Assembly (NCBI GenBank): GCA_049799515.1
Contig: JBARIA010000028.1
Coordinates: forward strand, 783 to 64,782
DNA length: 64,000 nucleotides
Direction: 5' to 3'
Source of the DNA: Candidatus Dormiibacterota bacterium
GTDB taxonomy: Bacteria; Chloroflexota; Dormibacteria; Aeolococcales; Bog-877
Shown here: positions 36,139 to 45,997 of the stretch, piece after piece
How the letters are laid out: each line of letters starts with the position of its first letter
How positions within the stretch are numbered: position 1 is the stretch's first letter
Position numbers and translations under genes: made by a program
The notes under the pieces: generated by a model
Told to the model about the DNA's origin: nothing
The model's database searches: none
Seen by the model: only the letters and a program-made list of their open reading frames with translations

Positions 36139-38739
36139 TCAGAGGTCGGCCAATTCATAAGTCACGTCGGCAACTGCGAAGTCGGAACGGCCGAGCAGGG
36201 CGGCCTTGATGTGGAAGGCCCGATGGTTGTGGAGGATCTGATTCCACCAGTGCCGGGTTACCAGTTCCGGGAGTACCACGGTGCAGAGGGCGTCACGATT
36301 CTTCTCGCGATAGGCGGCCAGGTAGCGAAGTACCGGTTGCACCACGGTTCGGTAGGGCGAAACCAGGATCTCCAGCTGGGGGCGGGGGCGCTCGGGGTCC
36401 CATCCCAGCTGGTTCTCCACCCAGCTTTCCCAGCTGGCGGCCAGCTCGCGCGCCTCCTCATCCGGCAGCACCCCGAGCTCGTCCTGCTTGATCTCGCCCC
36501 GGGCCCGCTCAGCCTTGGGGGCGACATCGCCAGGCTGTCCGGTCGCGATATGGAGCGCGATCACCTCATCGGCGATCGCCTGGGCATAGTGGAGGGCCCG
36601 CAAGGCGAGCACGTCGAGCCCGGAGACAGGGACGATCGCCACCCGGCGCCTGGTGCCGGTGATCTCCGGGCTTAGCGACTCACCCCGCCACTCGGCGGGA
36701 TAGCTCACCGCCACCACCCCCTCTCGCCGCAAGAGCGCCAGCTTGAGCCGAAGCGCCCTGGGACGCCGGAGCAGCCCCAGCAAGCCAGAACTGGTGACGG
36801 AGTCGGGGACCATAACCGTGACCAGGCCGGGGCGAGATTCGCGCGATAGCCGGTCGATCAGCTGCAGCAATGGCTTCAAGCGCTGACCGCTGGAGGAGGT
36901 CTCCACCTGGACCCGAACCCGGCGATGGGTGCCGGCCACCGCCTCCTGAATCCGATCCGCCAGCGCCGGGTCGCCGCCCAGGTTGATGGCAACCACGTCC
37001 CGTCCCAGGGTTGCCGAGTATTCGAGGGCGCGACGGGTGGGTGGGTCGAGGGCCCAGATCGGAACAACCGTCCGATATGGATCCAGTGGCTGGTCCCCGA
37101 CGGCGGCCACCCGGACCCGACGCCGGATCTCGACGTAGTGGCGGCCCACGAACCAGAAGAGGAGCACCAGCAGGGGCACGATGATCAGCACCACCCAGGC
37201 ACCCAGCCGGAACTTGACCACCATCACGATGATGTCGACCACCAGGGTGACGAAGGCGCCCAGGCCGTTGACGAAGACGTTGCGTCGCCAGTGACCGCTG
37301 CGATGGCGCAGCTGGTAACGAACCAGGGCAGCCTGAGCCAGCGTGAAGGCGGTGAAGACGCCGATGGCGTAGAGGTTGATCAGATGGTCGGTGTTGGCGT
37401 CGAAGGTCACCACCACCAGCACCGCCACCGCGGTCAGGAAGAGGATGGCGGCGGAGTAGACGAGCCGGTCGCCGAAGGCCCCGAAACGGTGGGGCAGACG
37501 GTCGTCGCGGGCCAGGAAGGCGCAGAGCCGGGGGAAGCCGTTAAAGCTGGCGTTGGCCGCCAGGATCAGCACCATGGTGGTCGAGAACTGAATCACGTAG
37601 AAGAAGAAATGGCCGGGACCCCGGAAGGTGTCGGAGGCGATCTGGGCCAGCACGGTGGGGCTTCCCGACGGCTTGGGCTCCACCCCGAAGATCACATCCA
37701 GCAAGGTCACCCCGATGAAGAGCAGGACCAACAGGGCGCCCAGGAGCACCAGAGTCTTGGCGGCGTTGTCACCGGGAGGGTCGCGGAAGCTGCGCACGCT
37801 GTCGGACACCGCTTCGATCCCGGTCATCGAGGAGCAGCCCGAGGCGAAGGCCGTCAGCACCAGGAAGGGGGTCAGCGCCTCGGTCGGATTGATGATCGGG
37901 GGGTAGACCCCTATCGCATGGTGGGCGCCGCCGGTCAGACCGGTGAACAATCCGACCCCGATCAACACCAGCATCGCGCCGACGAAGAAGTAGGTCGGGA
38001 GTGAGAAGAAGGCGCCCGCTTCCCGCACCCCGCGAAGATTGCCGGCGCACAGCACCAGGATCAGCAGCACGGCCAGGGGGAGTCGCAGTGGGATCAGGGC
38101 GGGAAAGGCGGAGGCCAGGGCATCCGACCCGGACGAAACGCTGACCGAGACGGTGAGTACGTAGTCGATCAGCAGGGCGGCGGCCGCCACCATGGCCGGC
38201 CACTGTCCCAGATAGTCGCGGGCGACCGCGTAGGACCCGCCGTCGGCCTGGCGGGTGATCACCACCTGGCGGTAGGAGATCACTACCAAAATCATCAGTA
38301 CCGCGATGGCGATGGCGATCGGTAGCTCGAAGACCAGTGCCCCTACCCCGGCCGCCACCAGGACGGTGAGACCGGCTTCCGGGCCGTAAGCCACCGAGGA
38401 GAGAGCGTCCGAGGCGAGGGTGGGGAGGGCTTTGAAGATCGGCAGCCGCTCCCCCTCCATCGCCGAGGTGGGGAGTCGCGGCCCCAGCACCACGCGCTTC
38501 AGCAGGTACTGAAATTTGGCCAATCCTGCCTGCGGGACATCGGCTTGCCGGGTGGCCACGAGCATGCCCGCGCGACTGCGCCGGAACTCGTCCATGCGCT
38601 CGACGGCGATATACCGGTTGCCGGGCAGCTGACCCTGGCGCGCGATGCGCTGCTCCAGGTCGCTGCGGGGACGTGGCTGACCGGCGGGCCGCTCGGTGCC
38701 GGAGTCGCCCGGCTTCGGTTCAGGTCCCTGGTCGCTCAC
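36139..38739 (-). CDS. APC superfamily amino acid permease with long C-terminal cytoplasmic extension
   Basis: About 12 TM segments in residues ~90-480, followed by ~390 soluble residues containing two similar modules. Confidence 0.85.
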   Translation of the reverse strand: MSDQGPEPKPGDSGTERPAGQPRPRSDLEQRIARQGQLPGNRYIAVERMDEFRRSRAGMLVATRQADVPQAGLAKFQYLLKRVVLGPRLPTSAMEGERLPIFKALPTLASDALSSVAYGPEAGLTVLVAAGVGALVFELPIAIAIAVLMILVVISYRQVVITRQADGGSYAVARDYLGQWPAMVAAAALLIDYVLTVSVSVSSGSDALASAFPALIPLRLPLAVLLILVLCAGNLRGVREAGAFFSLPTYFFVGAMLVLIGVGLFTGLTGGAHHAIGVYPPIINPTEALTPFLVLTAFASGCSSMTGIEAVSDSVRSFRDPPGDNAAKTLVLLGALLVLLFIGVTLLDVIFGVEPKPSGSPTVLAQIASDTFRGPGHFFFYVIQFSTTMVLILAANASFNGFPRLCAFLARDDRLPHRFGAFGDRLVYSAAILFLTAVAVLVVVTFDANTDHLINLYAIGVFTAFTLAQAALVRYQLRHRSGHWRRNVFVNGLGAFVTLVVDIIVMVVKFRLGAWVVLIIVPLLVLLFWFVGRHYVEIRRRVRVAAVGDQPLDPYRTVVPIWALDPPTRRALEYSATLGRDVVAINLGGDPALADRIQEAVAGTHRRVRVQVETSSSGQRLKPLLQLIDRLSRESRPGLVTVMVPDSVTSSGLLGLLRRPRALRLKLALLRREGVVAVSYPAEWRGESLSPEITGTRRRVAIVPVSGLDVLALRALHYAQAIADEVIALHIATGQPGDVAPKAERARGEIKQDELGVLPDEEARELAASWESWVENQLGWDPERPRPQLEILVSPYRTVVQPVLRYLAAYREKNRDALCTVVLPELVTRHWWNQILHNHRAFHIKAALLGRSDFAVADVTYELADL

Positions 38740-38923
38740 GTCTGGCGCAGCTCTCTCCCCCGGACTTGACCAGCCGGCCGGCTCCAGCTAAACGGCGACG
38801 GCATCTGGATTCCTCGCCTCAAGACGCGCAGATTGCGGGACCGGGATGGTGCTGAACGGGGCGCCCTCCGAGCCAGGTATCTCGCCCGGGAGCATAACGG
38901 CCCGCTAACCTGGACAATCTCAG

Positions 38924-39985
38924 ATGGAGTCTGACGCACTTCCCTTCGAACGGGCCCGGGACCGAGTCAAGCTGGGGTTGACCCTGGGCTACTGGGGCGC
39001 CGGACCTCCCGCTGATGTCCAGCAGCTGGTCGCCGAGGCGGAGAGGCTCGGCTTCGACTCGGTCTGGACCTCCGAGGCCTACGGCTCTGATGCCTTGACC
39101 CCGCTGGCTTGGTGGGGCAGGGGAACAGCGACGCTGCGTCTGGGCACGGCGGTGGCCCAGATCCATGGCCGCACCCCGGCCGCCACCGCGATGGCTGCCG
39201 CTACCCTGGACCACCTCAGCGGCGGTCGCTTCATCCTCGGGTTGGGCGCCTCTGGACCCCAAGTGGTCGAGGGCTGGCACGGGGCCAGCTTTCAGGAGCA
39301 GCTCCAAACCACCAGGGAGTACTTTGCGATCGTCCGTCAAATCCTCCGGCGCGAGGGACCGCTGGAGTTCTCGGGCAGCCGGTTTCAGCTGCCGCGTCGG
39401 GGAGGCCGGGGCAAGCCTCTGACCCTTACCGTCCACCCCCGCCGACCCACCCTGCCCATCTGGCTCGCTGCCCAGGGGCCCAGAAACACGGCGCTGGCGG
39501 CTGAGATCGCGGACGGCTGGCTGGCTGGCTTTTACGCGCCTCGGGCCTCCGGCTGGCAGCGACAGGCCCTGGCCGATGGTTTTAGGAGGCGAGCAAAATC
39601 GCTCGACCCCACCGGCTTTGAGGTGGCTGCCAGCCTCTTTCTGGCGATCGATGACGATCTTGAGGTTGCCGCCGATCGATTCCGGCCCCTGTTGGCCCTT
39701 TATATCGGGGGAATGGGCTCGGGGCGGCAGAACTTCTACTTCGATCTCTTCGCCAGGATCGGGCTGGAGGAGGACGCGACCCGAGTTCGGGAGCTCTTCC
39801 TCAAGGGCGAGCGAGAGGCGGCCATCCGGGCCGTCTCGACGCGCTTGGTGGAGGAGGTGGCACTGGTGGGTCCCCTGGCCAAGGTCCGCGAGGAGGCAGC
39901 GCTCTGGAGGTCGTCGCTCCCGACGTTGCTCTTGGTGGGCGGACCCCCTCCCCAGCTACGGGCAGCGGCTGAGCTGTTCGCCTAA
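38924..39985 (+). CDS. LLM class F420-dependent oxidoreductase
   Basis: LGLTLGYWG...AERLGFDSVWTSEAYGSDALTPLAWW and LGLGASGPQVVEGWHG are typical of this class. Confidence 0.85.
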   Translation: MESDALPFERARDRVKLGLTLGYWGAGPPADVQQLVAEAERLGFDSVWTSEAYGSDALTPLAWWGRGTATLRLGTAVAQIHGRTPAATAMAAATLDHLSGGRFILGLGASGPQVVEGWHGASFQEQLQTTREYFAIVRQILRREGPLEFSGSRFQLPRRGGRGKPLTLTVHPRRPTLPIWLAAQGPRNTALAAEIADGWLAGFYAPRASGWQRQALADGFRRRAKSLDPTGFEVAASLFLAIDDDLEVAADRFRPLLALYIGGMGSGRQNFYFDLFARIGLEEDATRVRELFLKGEREAAIRAVSTRLVEEVALVGPLAKVREEAALWRSSLPTLLLVGGPPPQLRAAAELFA

Positions 39986-40007
39986 GCGCGGCTCCCCTTG
40001 GGTTGGC

Positions 40008-40559
40008 TCAGCCGACGCCCGGCACCGGGTCAATCGGGGGCAGCAACCACTGGGCCAGGTAGGGGAGCTCGCGGTGCCGGCTGTCGTGGTCCAGGCCGTA
40101 GCCGACCACGAATCCTGGGCCCACCAGTGTGAAGCCGAGATAGCGGGGGTGGACCGGCATCACCCGGGCGGCCGGGCGGTCCAGGAGGGCGCAGATCTCG
40201 AGGGTTCGGTCGGGAGCCGCCAGAGTCTGCACCATGGCCTGGATTGTCCGGCCGGCGTCCACTATGTCGTCGACGATGATCACCGGGCCCGTCTCGGGCA
40301 GGTTGACCCGTCCCAGAGCGCTCACCACCGGCTCGGAGACTGCTCGCTCACCTCGGTAGCTGGTCGACTGGAAAAACTCCATACCCAGTACGTCGACCTC
40401 GTATTCCCAGAGCTGGCGGATCAAGTCGACCGCGAAGACGAACCCGCCGCGCATCACCACCACCAGCGCCACCGGGGTCCCGTGGTGCACTGTGGCGATC
40501 TCCTCAGCGATGGCCCTAACCCGGTCCTGAATCTCTTCTGGGGTGGCGATCTGGCGCAT
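40008..40559 (-). CDS. hpt: hypoxanthine phosphoribosyltransferase
   Basis: VVVMRGGFVFAVDL and the PRPP site IIVDDIVDAGRT. Start is probably ATG 40559 (183 aa) rather than 40688. Confidence 0.85.
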   Translation of the reverse strand: MRQIATPEEIQDRVRAIAEEIATVHHGTPVALVVVMRGGFVFAVDLIRQLWEYEVDVLGMEFFQSTSYRGERAVSEPVVSALGRVNLPETGPVIIVDDIVDAGRTIQAMVQTLAAPDRTLEICALLDRPAARVMPVHPRYLGFTLVGPGFVVGYGLDHDSRHRELPYLAQWLLPPIDPVPGVG

Positions 40560-41104
40560 GTTGAGGGCGGCCGGATCCCGGCGATCGGTCCAGAAGGCGG
40601 GCTGAAAGGCCGGCCCGGTGGCGGGCACCTGGAGAGTGGGGGCGGTCATCTGCCCCGGCACCGTCGACAACTCCGCATCTGTGCTCAAGTGGGACTCCGT
40701 CTCGGCGCGTCGCCGCCATCCCGGCCGGCGGGCGCAGCCGCCGGTCCACCCAGTATCCCCGATCCGGTCGGGTAGGCAGCCCTCCGTCTCGCCCCAGCAC
40801 CCTGGCCGCCGGCTTCCACCGACCGCTGGCTCAGGTGCGGGCGGGCCCTGCCCGCTGAGGTTGGGTGAGACAACCAGCCCTCCCCGAGCCAGGGTGCAGC
40901 TCCACCGACCGCCTTCAGGGTTGGAGCCAAGCTGCCTATTCGAGCCAGGCGAGGATGCCCGGAAGGTCTGAACGCGGCTCGCTGCCGCGGTTAGAAAGCC
41001 CCCGGTCGCACTGGTTGCCCAACACCTGACGCCGCCACTCTTCAGTCAGGCGCATTCCCCGCCCCTGCTTTCGGAGCACCTCGGCACGGCAGCCGAGGGC
41101 TACC

Positions 41105-41725
41105 TCAGCCGCCCGGAGCGCGCCGAGGCCGTCCCACCCGGGCTGCCAGCTCGCGGAATACATCGTCGGATCTGAGTCCCGCGGAGACCAGCAGCAGCAG
41201 GGTGTGGAACCAGAGATCCGCGACCTCGGCGACCAGCTGCGATGAGTCGCCCTGGTGGGCGGCCAAGATGACCTCGGTCGCCTCCTCGCCGACCTTGCGA
41301 CAGATCGCCGGAGTGCCAGCCCGAAGAAGCTCGGCCGTGTAGGAACCCTCGGGAGCCCCCTGGCGTCGGCTGGCCAACGTCGCCTGGAGATGGTCGGTCA
41401 CGGTGGCGGGCTCGGCGAAACAGGAGCGCCGCCCGAGGTGACAGGTGGGGCCCTGGGGACGCACCGAGAGCAGGACGGCGTCGTCGTCGCAGTCCATCTG
41501 GAGACGCTCGACCAGTAGCACCGCGCCCGAGGTCTCGCCCTTCTTCCAGAGCCGCTGCCGGCTCCGGCTCCAGAAATGCGCCTCTCCGGTTGCAACGGTG
41601 CGCTCCAACGCCTCACGGTCCATGCAGGCGACCATCAGTACTGTTCCGGTCGACCAGTCCTGGGCGACTGCCACCACCAGGCCCCGGTCATCGAATCGAA
41701 CCTGGGCGGGAACCGCGAGGCTCAC
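41105..41725 (-). CDS. hisIE: bifunctional phosphoribosyl-AMP cyclohydrolase / phosphoribosyl-ATP pyrophosphatase
   Basis: HisI motifs ([36 protein letters not shown]) followed by a HisE helical domain. GTGA overlap with the hisF stop. Confidence 0.9.
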   Translation of the reverse strand: MSLAVPAQVRFDDRGLVVAVAQDWSTGTVLMVACMDREALERTVATGEAHFWSRSRQRLWKKGETSGAVLLVERLQMDCDDDAVLLSVRPQGPTCHLGRRSCFAEPATVTDHLQATLASRRQGAPEGSYTAELLRAGTPAICRKVGEEATEVILAAHQGDSSQLVAEVADLWFHTLLLLVSAGLRSDDVFRELAARVGRPRRAPGG

Positions 41726-42477
41726 CGGCGGACCGGCACCCCGGCCGCCGCCAACTCGCCCTTGAGGGCATCCACCGTCCATTGCCCGCTGTGGAAGATA
41801 GACGCCGCTAGGGCGGCGTCGGCGTGTCCGTCGATCAGGACCGCGGCAATGTCCTGCGGGCTGCCCGCCCCTCCCGACGCGATCACCGGGATGCCGACGG
41901 TGTCGGCGATGGCCGAGGTCAGGGCCAGGTCATATCCGGTCCTCGTCCCATCGGCGTCCACGCTGGTCACCAGCAGCTCGCCGGCACCGAGCCGGAATAG
42001 CTCTCCGGCCCAGGCGATGGCGTCGATCCCGGTGGCTGTCCTGGCTCCGTGGGTGAGTACTTCCCAGCCATCCGGGCGGCGCTGAGCGTCGATCGCCACC
42101 ACCACGCACTGGGATCCGAACGTGCTGGCCGCAGCGCTAACCAGATGCGGGTCGGCAACCGCCGCAGTCTGGATGGAGACCTTGTCGGCCCCGGCGCGCA
42201 GGAGTTCCCGGATGTCTTCGGTGGTGCGCACGCCACCTCCCACGGTGAGCGGGATGAACACCTGGCGGGCCACCTGGGTGACCAGGTCGACCAGGGTGGC
42301 CCGACCCTCGACGGTGGCCTCGATGTCGAGGAAGACCAACTCGTCAGCTCCGGACTCACCGTAGGCCGCCGCCAGCCCGATCGGATCGCCTTGGTCCACC
42401 AGCCTGCGGAAGTGCCGTCCCTTGACCACCTGGCGGTGGGCGACATCCAGGCAGGGGATGATCCGTTTAGCCAGCAT
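41722..42477 (-). CDS. hisF: imidazole glycerol phosphate synthase, cyclase subunit
   Basis: [12 protein letters not shown]..., DELVFLDI, and [23 protein letters not shown]. Confidence 0.95.
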   Translation of the reverse strand: MLAKRIIPCLDVAHRQVVKGRHFRRLVDQGDPIGLAAAYGESGADELVFLDIEATVEGRATLVDLVTQVARQVFIPLTVGGGVRTTEDIRELLRAGADKVSIQTAAVADPHLVSAAASTFGSQCVVVAIDAQRRPDGWEVLTHGARTATGIDAIAWAGELFRLGAGELLVTSVDADGTRTGYDLALTSAIADTVGIPVIASGGAGSPQDIAAVLIDGHADAALAASIFHSGQWTVDALKGELAAAGVPVRR

Positions 42478-43090
42478 GGGAGTCGCTTGTGACGGGTGCC
42501 AGGAGGCAGAACTGGTTGAGCAGTCGTAGTCCGTCGCGGCCACTGCGTTCCGGATGAAACTGGACCCCGAAGACCCGCTCACACCCGATCGCGCTGACGA
42601 AGGTGCCCCCGTGATCGGTTTCGGCTTCGACCACGTCCTGGCTGGTTGGCCGGACCACGTAGGAGTGGGTGAAGTAGAAGTAGGCGCCGTCAAGTCCCGT
42701 CAGCAGGGGGCTGGGTCGAACCACCGCGACGGTGTTCCAACCGACGTGAGGGACCTTCTGGGAAGTGGCCAAGCGCTCCACTTCGCCTCCCAGAAAGCCC
42801 AGACAGGGGCTGTCATCCTCGGAACTGCGCTGGAAGAGCAGCTGCAAGCCGAGGCAGATTCCCAGATACGGTCGGCCCGAGCGCAGGAATTCGAGCAGTC
42901 CTTGGTCTAGGCCGCTGGCCCGCAGTCCGGCCATGGCCGGACCGGCGGCGCCGACTCCGGGGAAAACCACCGCGTCCGCCGCCAGCAATTGCGGAGTGGA
43001 GCTAGCGTGTTGCCAGGGCACTTCCAGAAAGTCCAGGGCGTTGGTGACGCTGGCCAGGTTGCCGGCCCCATAGTCGACCACCCCGATCAC
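42467..43090 (-). CDS. hisH: imidazole glycerol phosphate synthase, glutaminase subunit
   Basis: [24 protein letters not shown] (catalytic Cys), and [14 protein letters not shown] overlap with the hisB stop. Confidence 0.92.
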   Translation of the reverse strand: MIGVVDYGAGNLASVTNALDFLEVPWQHASSTPQLLAADAVVFPGVGAAGPAMAGLRASGLDQGLLEFLRSGRPYLGICLGLQLLFQRSSEDDSPCLGFLGGEVERLATSQKVPHVGWNTVAVVRPSPLLTGLDGAYFYFTHSYVVRPTSQDVVEAETDHGGTFVSAIGCERVFGVQFHPERSGRDGLRLLNQFCLLAPVTSDSHAG

Positions 43091-43680
43091 AGGGATCCCT
43101 TGGCACTGGCCGACCGTCCTTGTAGGCGCGGGTCCCGGCGCGAGGCTTGGCGGAGGGCTCGGGCCAGGGCCTTGAAGCTGGCTTCGGCAATGTGGTGATT
43201 GTCGGCTCCCGACGCGGCCAGATGGAGGGTGAGCTTTCCACTTCTGGACAGCGCTTCGAAGAAGTGCTCGAGCAGCGAGGTGGGGATTCCACCAACCTCG
43301 CCACTGACGAAGCCGATGTCGATTGAGGCGTGGGCCCGCCCGGAGCAGTCGACAGTGGCCGCCGCCAGGCTCTCGTCCATCGGTACTACTGCATGGCCGA
43401 AGCGCTCGATGCCGCGCTTGTCTCCCAGGCACTCCAGCAGGGCCTCGCCCAGGACCAGGGCCACATCCTCGACGGTGTGGTGGGCATCCACCTGGAGGTC
43501 TCCCTGAGCAGACACTTCCAGGTCAAAGCCGGAGTGGGTGGAGAGCGAGGTCAGCATGTGGTCCAGGAAGCCCACTCCGGTCGAGACCGTCGACAGACCG
43601 CGGCCATCCAGATCGAGGGTCACCGTGACGCTGGTTTCCCGGGTCTGGCGGCTGCGCGTCGATCGCCGCTCAGCTGGCAT
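43087..43680 (-). CDS. hisB: imidazoleglycerol-phosphate dehydratase
   Basis: TRETSVTVTLDLDG, GFLDHMLTSL, and DAHHTVEDVALVLG motifs. Confidence 0.92.
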   Translation of the reverse strand: MPAERRSTRSRQTRETSVTVTLDLDGRGLSTVSTGVGFLDHMLTSLSTHSGFDLEVSAQGDLQVDAHHTVEDVALVLGEALLECLGDKRGIERFGHAVVPMDESLAAATVDCSGRAHASIDIGFVSGEVGGIPTSLLEHFFEALSRSGKLTLHLAASGADNHHIAEASFKALARALRQASRRDPRLQGRSASAKGSL

Positions 43681-45997
43681 TAGCCGGGCCCCCCAGCCGC
43701 ACAGCTTCCACCAACCGGTCGTTCTGCTCGGCCGACCGCACGGTGACCCGTACCCAGTCAGCCATCGAGGAACCAGCGGCAAAGGTCCGGACCACCAACC
43801 CCCGCCCGGCCAGTTCTTGCCTCAGTCGCGGCGTCGCCCCGAGCAGGATGAAGTTGGCGGGAGTTCTCCGGACCGGCCGGCCCAGCAGTTCCAGCTGGTC
43901 AGCTAAACGCTCCTGGAGGAGTCTCAGCTGCTCCACCCTCCTGCGCATCCCCGCCTGGTCGGCGAGAGCGCGGGCACCCAGCGCCGCCGCCATCGAGCTG
44001 ACACTGCCGGGCGGCCGCACCAGTGCCAGGGAGGCGGCGACCTCAGGGTCGGAGATGGCGTAGCCGATTCTGGCCCCGGCCAAACCAAAGCCCTTGCTCA
44101 AAGTGCGGACCACCACCAGATTGGGGAGCTCGGCGAAGAGAGCCGTCGCCGTGGTCCCGGTGAATTCGTAGTAGGCCTCGTCGACCACCACCAAGCCGGC
44201 GGTGCTGCTGGCCAATTCACCGATGAACTCCAAGGGCAGCAACTCCCCGGAGGGATTGTTGGGGTTGCAGATCCAGGTGACCCGGGCCTGTGGCGTCAGC
44301 TCCAGAAACCGCTGGCGATCCAATTGCCAGTCTTGGGCCGAGACCTCCAGGATCTGCCCCCCGGCCAGCTCGCTCAGGGTCCGGTACATCGAGTAGGTGG
44401 GGTCCGAGAGGAGGACCGGATCTGAGGGGCCGACGAAGGCCTTGACCAGGAGGTCGAGCAGTTCGTCGGCCCCGGCGCCCACGGTGATGTTCTCCGTCCC
44501 GCCCCCGGCGTAGTTGGAGATGGACCGGGTCAGCTCCTCGTAGCTGGAGTCCGGGTACTCATTCAGGTCGAGTGGTCCGAGGCCGCTCAGGTCAGCGCCG
44601 GGCCAGGGCGACGAGTTGGTGTCGAACCTGATCACCTGGCCCTGCTCGATACCGGCCGTCCGGGCCGCCTCCGCCGTCGACGTCTCCCACTGGTAGGGAT
44701 GCATCGCCCGAACGCTGGCGCGGGGGAGGGGTGGCGTTGGCAGGGCGGCTGATTGGTCGACGACGCGGAGCCGTACCGATTCCCAATGGCGGGTGAAGCC
44801 TTCTGCGCTGGCGATCTCGTGGACCACTGGCCCCAGGTGGGCCAATCCCCCGGGCGAGGTGGACTGGACTTGGATGACATGCCCGAAGGCCTCCAGTCCG
44901 AGGGCGCTGAAGCGACGGGCCGAACCGCCGGTGGGCAGGACATGATTGGCGCCGGTGGCGTAGTCGCCGGCCGCCGCCGGAGTGCCGCAGCCGAGGAAGA
45001 CCGAGCCCGCGTTGGAGACTTCCTTCAGCCAGCGGTGCGCTTCTTGGAGGGCAAGGACGAGGTGTTCCGGTGCGAACTCGTTGGCAAATTCGATGGCCGT
45101 CGCTGGGGAGTCGGTGGTCAGGATCCGGATCTGGTGCAGGTAGTGGTCGCCGATGTCCGACTGCACCCGACTGGCCAGGGCGGCGTCCGCCGTCACCAGC
45201 AGCGCGAGGGCGTCGGGCGCATGCTCGGCCTGGGCCGCCAGATCGGCGCAGACCCATTCCGGAGGAGCGGAGCGGTCCGCGATGACCACTACCTCGGAAG
45301 GCCCTGCCGGCATGTCCACTGCAACCTCGCCGAAAACCTGGCGCTTGGCGGAGGTGACGTGAGGGTTTCCCGGCCCGAATACCTTGTCGACCTTGGCCAG
45401 GGACTCGGTGCCGAAGGCCATCGCCCCAATCGCCTGGGCTCCGCCAATCGCGTGTACCTCGGTGACCTGGGCCACCGCCGCCGCCGTCAGGACTGAGGCA
45501 GCCACCCGGCCAGACAGATCAGGCGGTGAGCAGAGGACGACCTCGCGACAGCCGGCAAGGCGAGCCGGGACCGCCATCATCAGGACCGAAGATGGATAGG
45601 CGGCCCGGCCCCCCGGCACATAGATGCCAACCCGGTTCAGCGGACGCCACATCCGACCGACCGTGACTCCGGGCACCACCTCCACCAACTCCTCGGCGAA
45701 TCGCTGGGCGCTGTGCACTCTGGCCAGGTGGCGGGCGGCCGTCTCCAGGGCTCGGAGCAGTTTTGGGGGGGCGCCTTCCAGGGCCAGCTCCAGCGCTCGG
45801 GAGTCGACCCTGGTCCGTTCCAGGTCGACATGGTCGAACTGCAGGGTCAGCTCCCGAACCGCAGCGTCCCCGCCCTGGCGGACCCGCTCCAGTACCGCGG
45901 CCGATTCCAGGTCCACAGTGGGGGAGGACAGGGTCCGGTCCACCAAGGCCCGGTAAGCGCGGCTTCCCCGGGGGGGCAGCGATTGAATCTCGATCAA
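43670..45997 (-). CDS. hisDC: fusion protein: histidinol dehydrogenase (N-terminal, ~410 aa) + histidinol-phosphate aminotransferase (C-terminal, ~345 aa)
   Basis: The HisD part contains GIYVPGGRAAYPSSVLM, AIGGAQAI and QAEH. The HisC part follows the linker DQSAALPTPPLPRAS and has a PLP-class-II pattern (YPDSSY, NPNNPSG, RTLSKGFGLAGARIGY). No stop codon between them; TTGA overlap with the hisG stop. Confidence 0.85.
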   Translation of the reverse strand: MIEIQSLPPRGSRAYRALVDRTLSSPTVDLESAAVLERVRQGGDAAVRELTLQFDHVDLERTRVDSRALELALEGAPPKLLRALETAARHLARVHSAQRFAEELVEVVPGVTVGRMWRPLNRVGIYVPGGRAAYPSSVLMMAVPARLAGCREVVLCSPPDLSGRVAASVLTAAAVAQVTEVHAIGGAQAIGAMAFGTESLAKVDKVFGPGNPHVTSAKRQVFGEVAVDMPAGPSEVVVIADRSAPPEWVCADLAAQAEHAPDALALLVTADAALASRVQSDIGDHYLHQIRILTTDSPATAIEFANEFAPEHLVLALQEAHRWLKEVSNAGSVFLGCGTPAAAGDYATGANHVLPTGGSARRFSALGLEAFGHVIQVQSTSPGGLAHLGPVVHEIASAEGFTRHWESVRLRVVDQSAALPTPPLPRASVRAMHPYQWETSTAEAARTAGIEQGQVIRFDTNSSPWPGADLSGLGPLDLNEYPDSSYEELTRSISNYAGGGTENITVGAGADELLDLLVKAFVGPSDPVLLSDPTYSMYRTLSELAGGQILEVSAQDWQLDRQRFLELTPQARVTWICNPNNPSGELLPLEFIGELASSTAGLVVVDEAYYEFTGTTATALFAELPNLVVVRTLSKGFGLAGARIGYAISDPEVAASLALVRPPGSVSSMAAALGARALADQAGMRRRVEQLRLLQERLADQLELLGRPVRRTPANFILLGATPRLRQELAGRGLVVRTFAAGSSMADWVRVTVRSAEQNDRLVEAVRLGGPANAS

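Noticed and set aside
40689-41104. Possible purine riboswitch or terminator in the 416-bp gap between hisIE and hpt. It contains a GCGGGC-n7-GCCCGC hairpin near 40840 and a 75-aa ORF at 40936-41163(-).
   Set aside because: There are no conserved guanine/adenine riboswitch core sequences. The hairpin lacks a U-tract and lies about 250 nt from the hisIE stop. The ORF overlaps hisIE and looks like a shadow.
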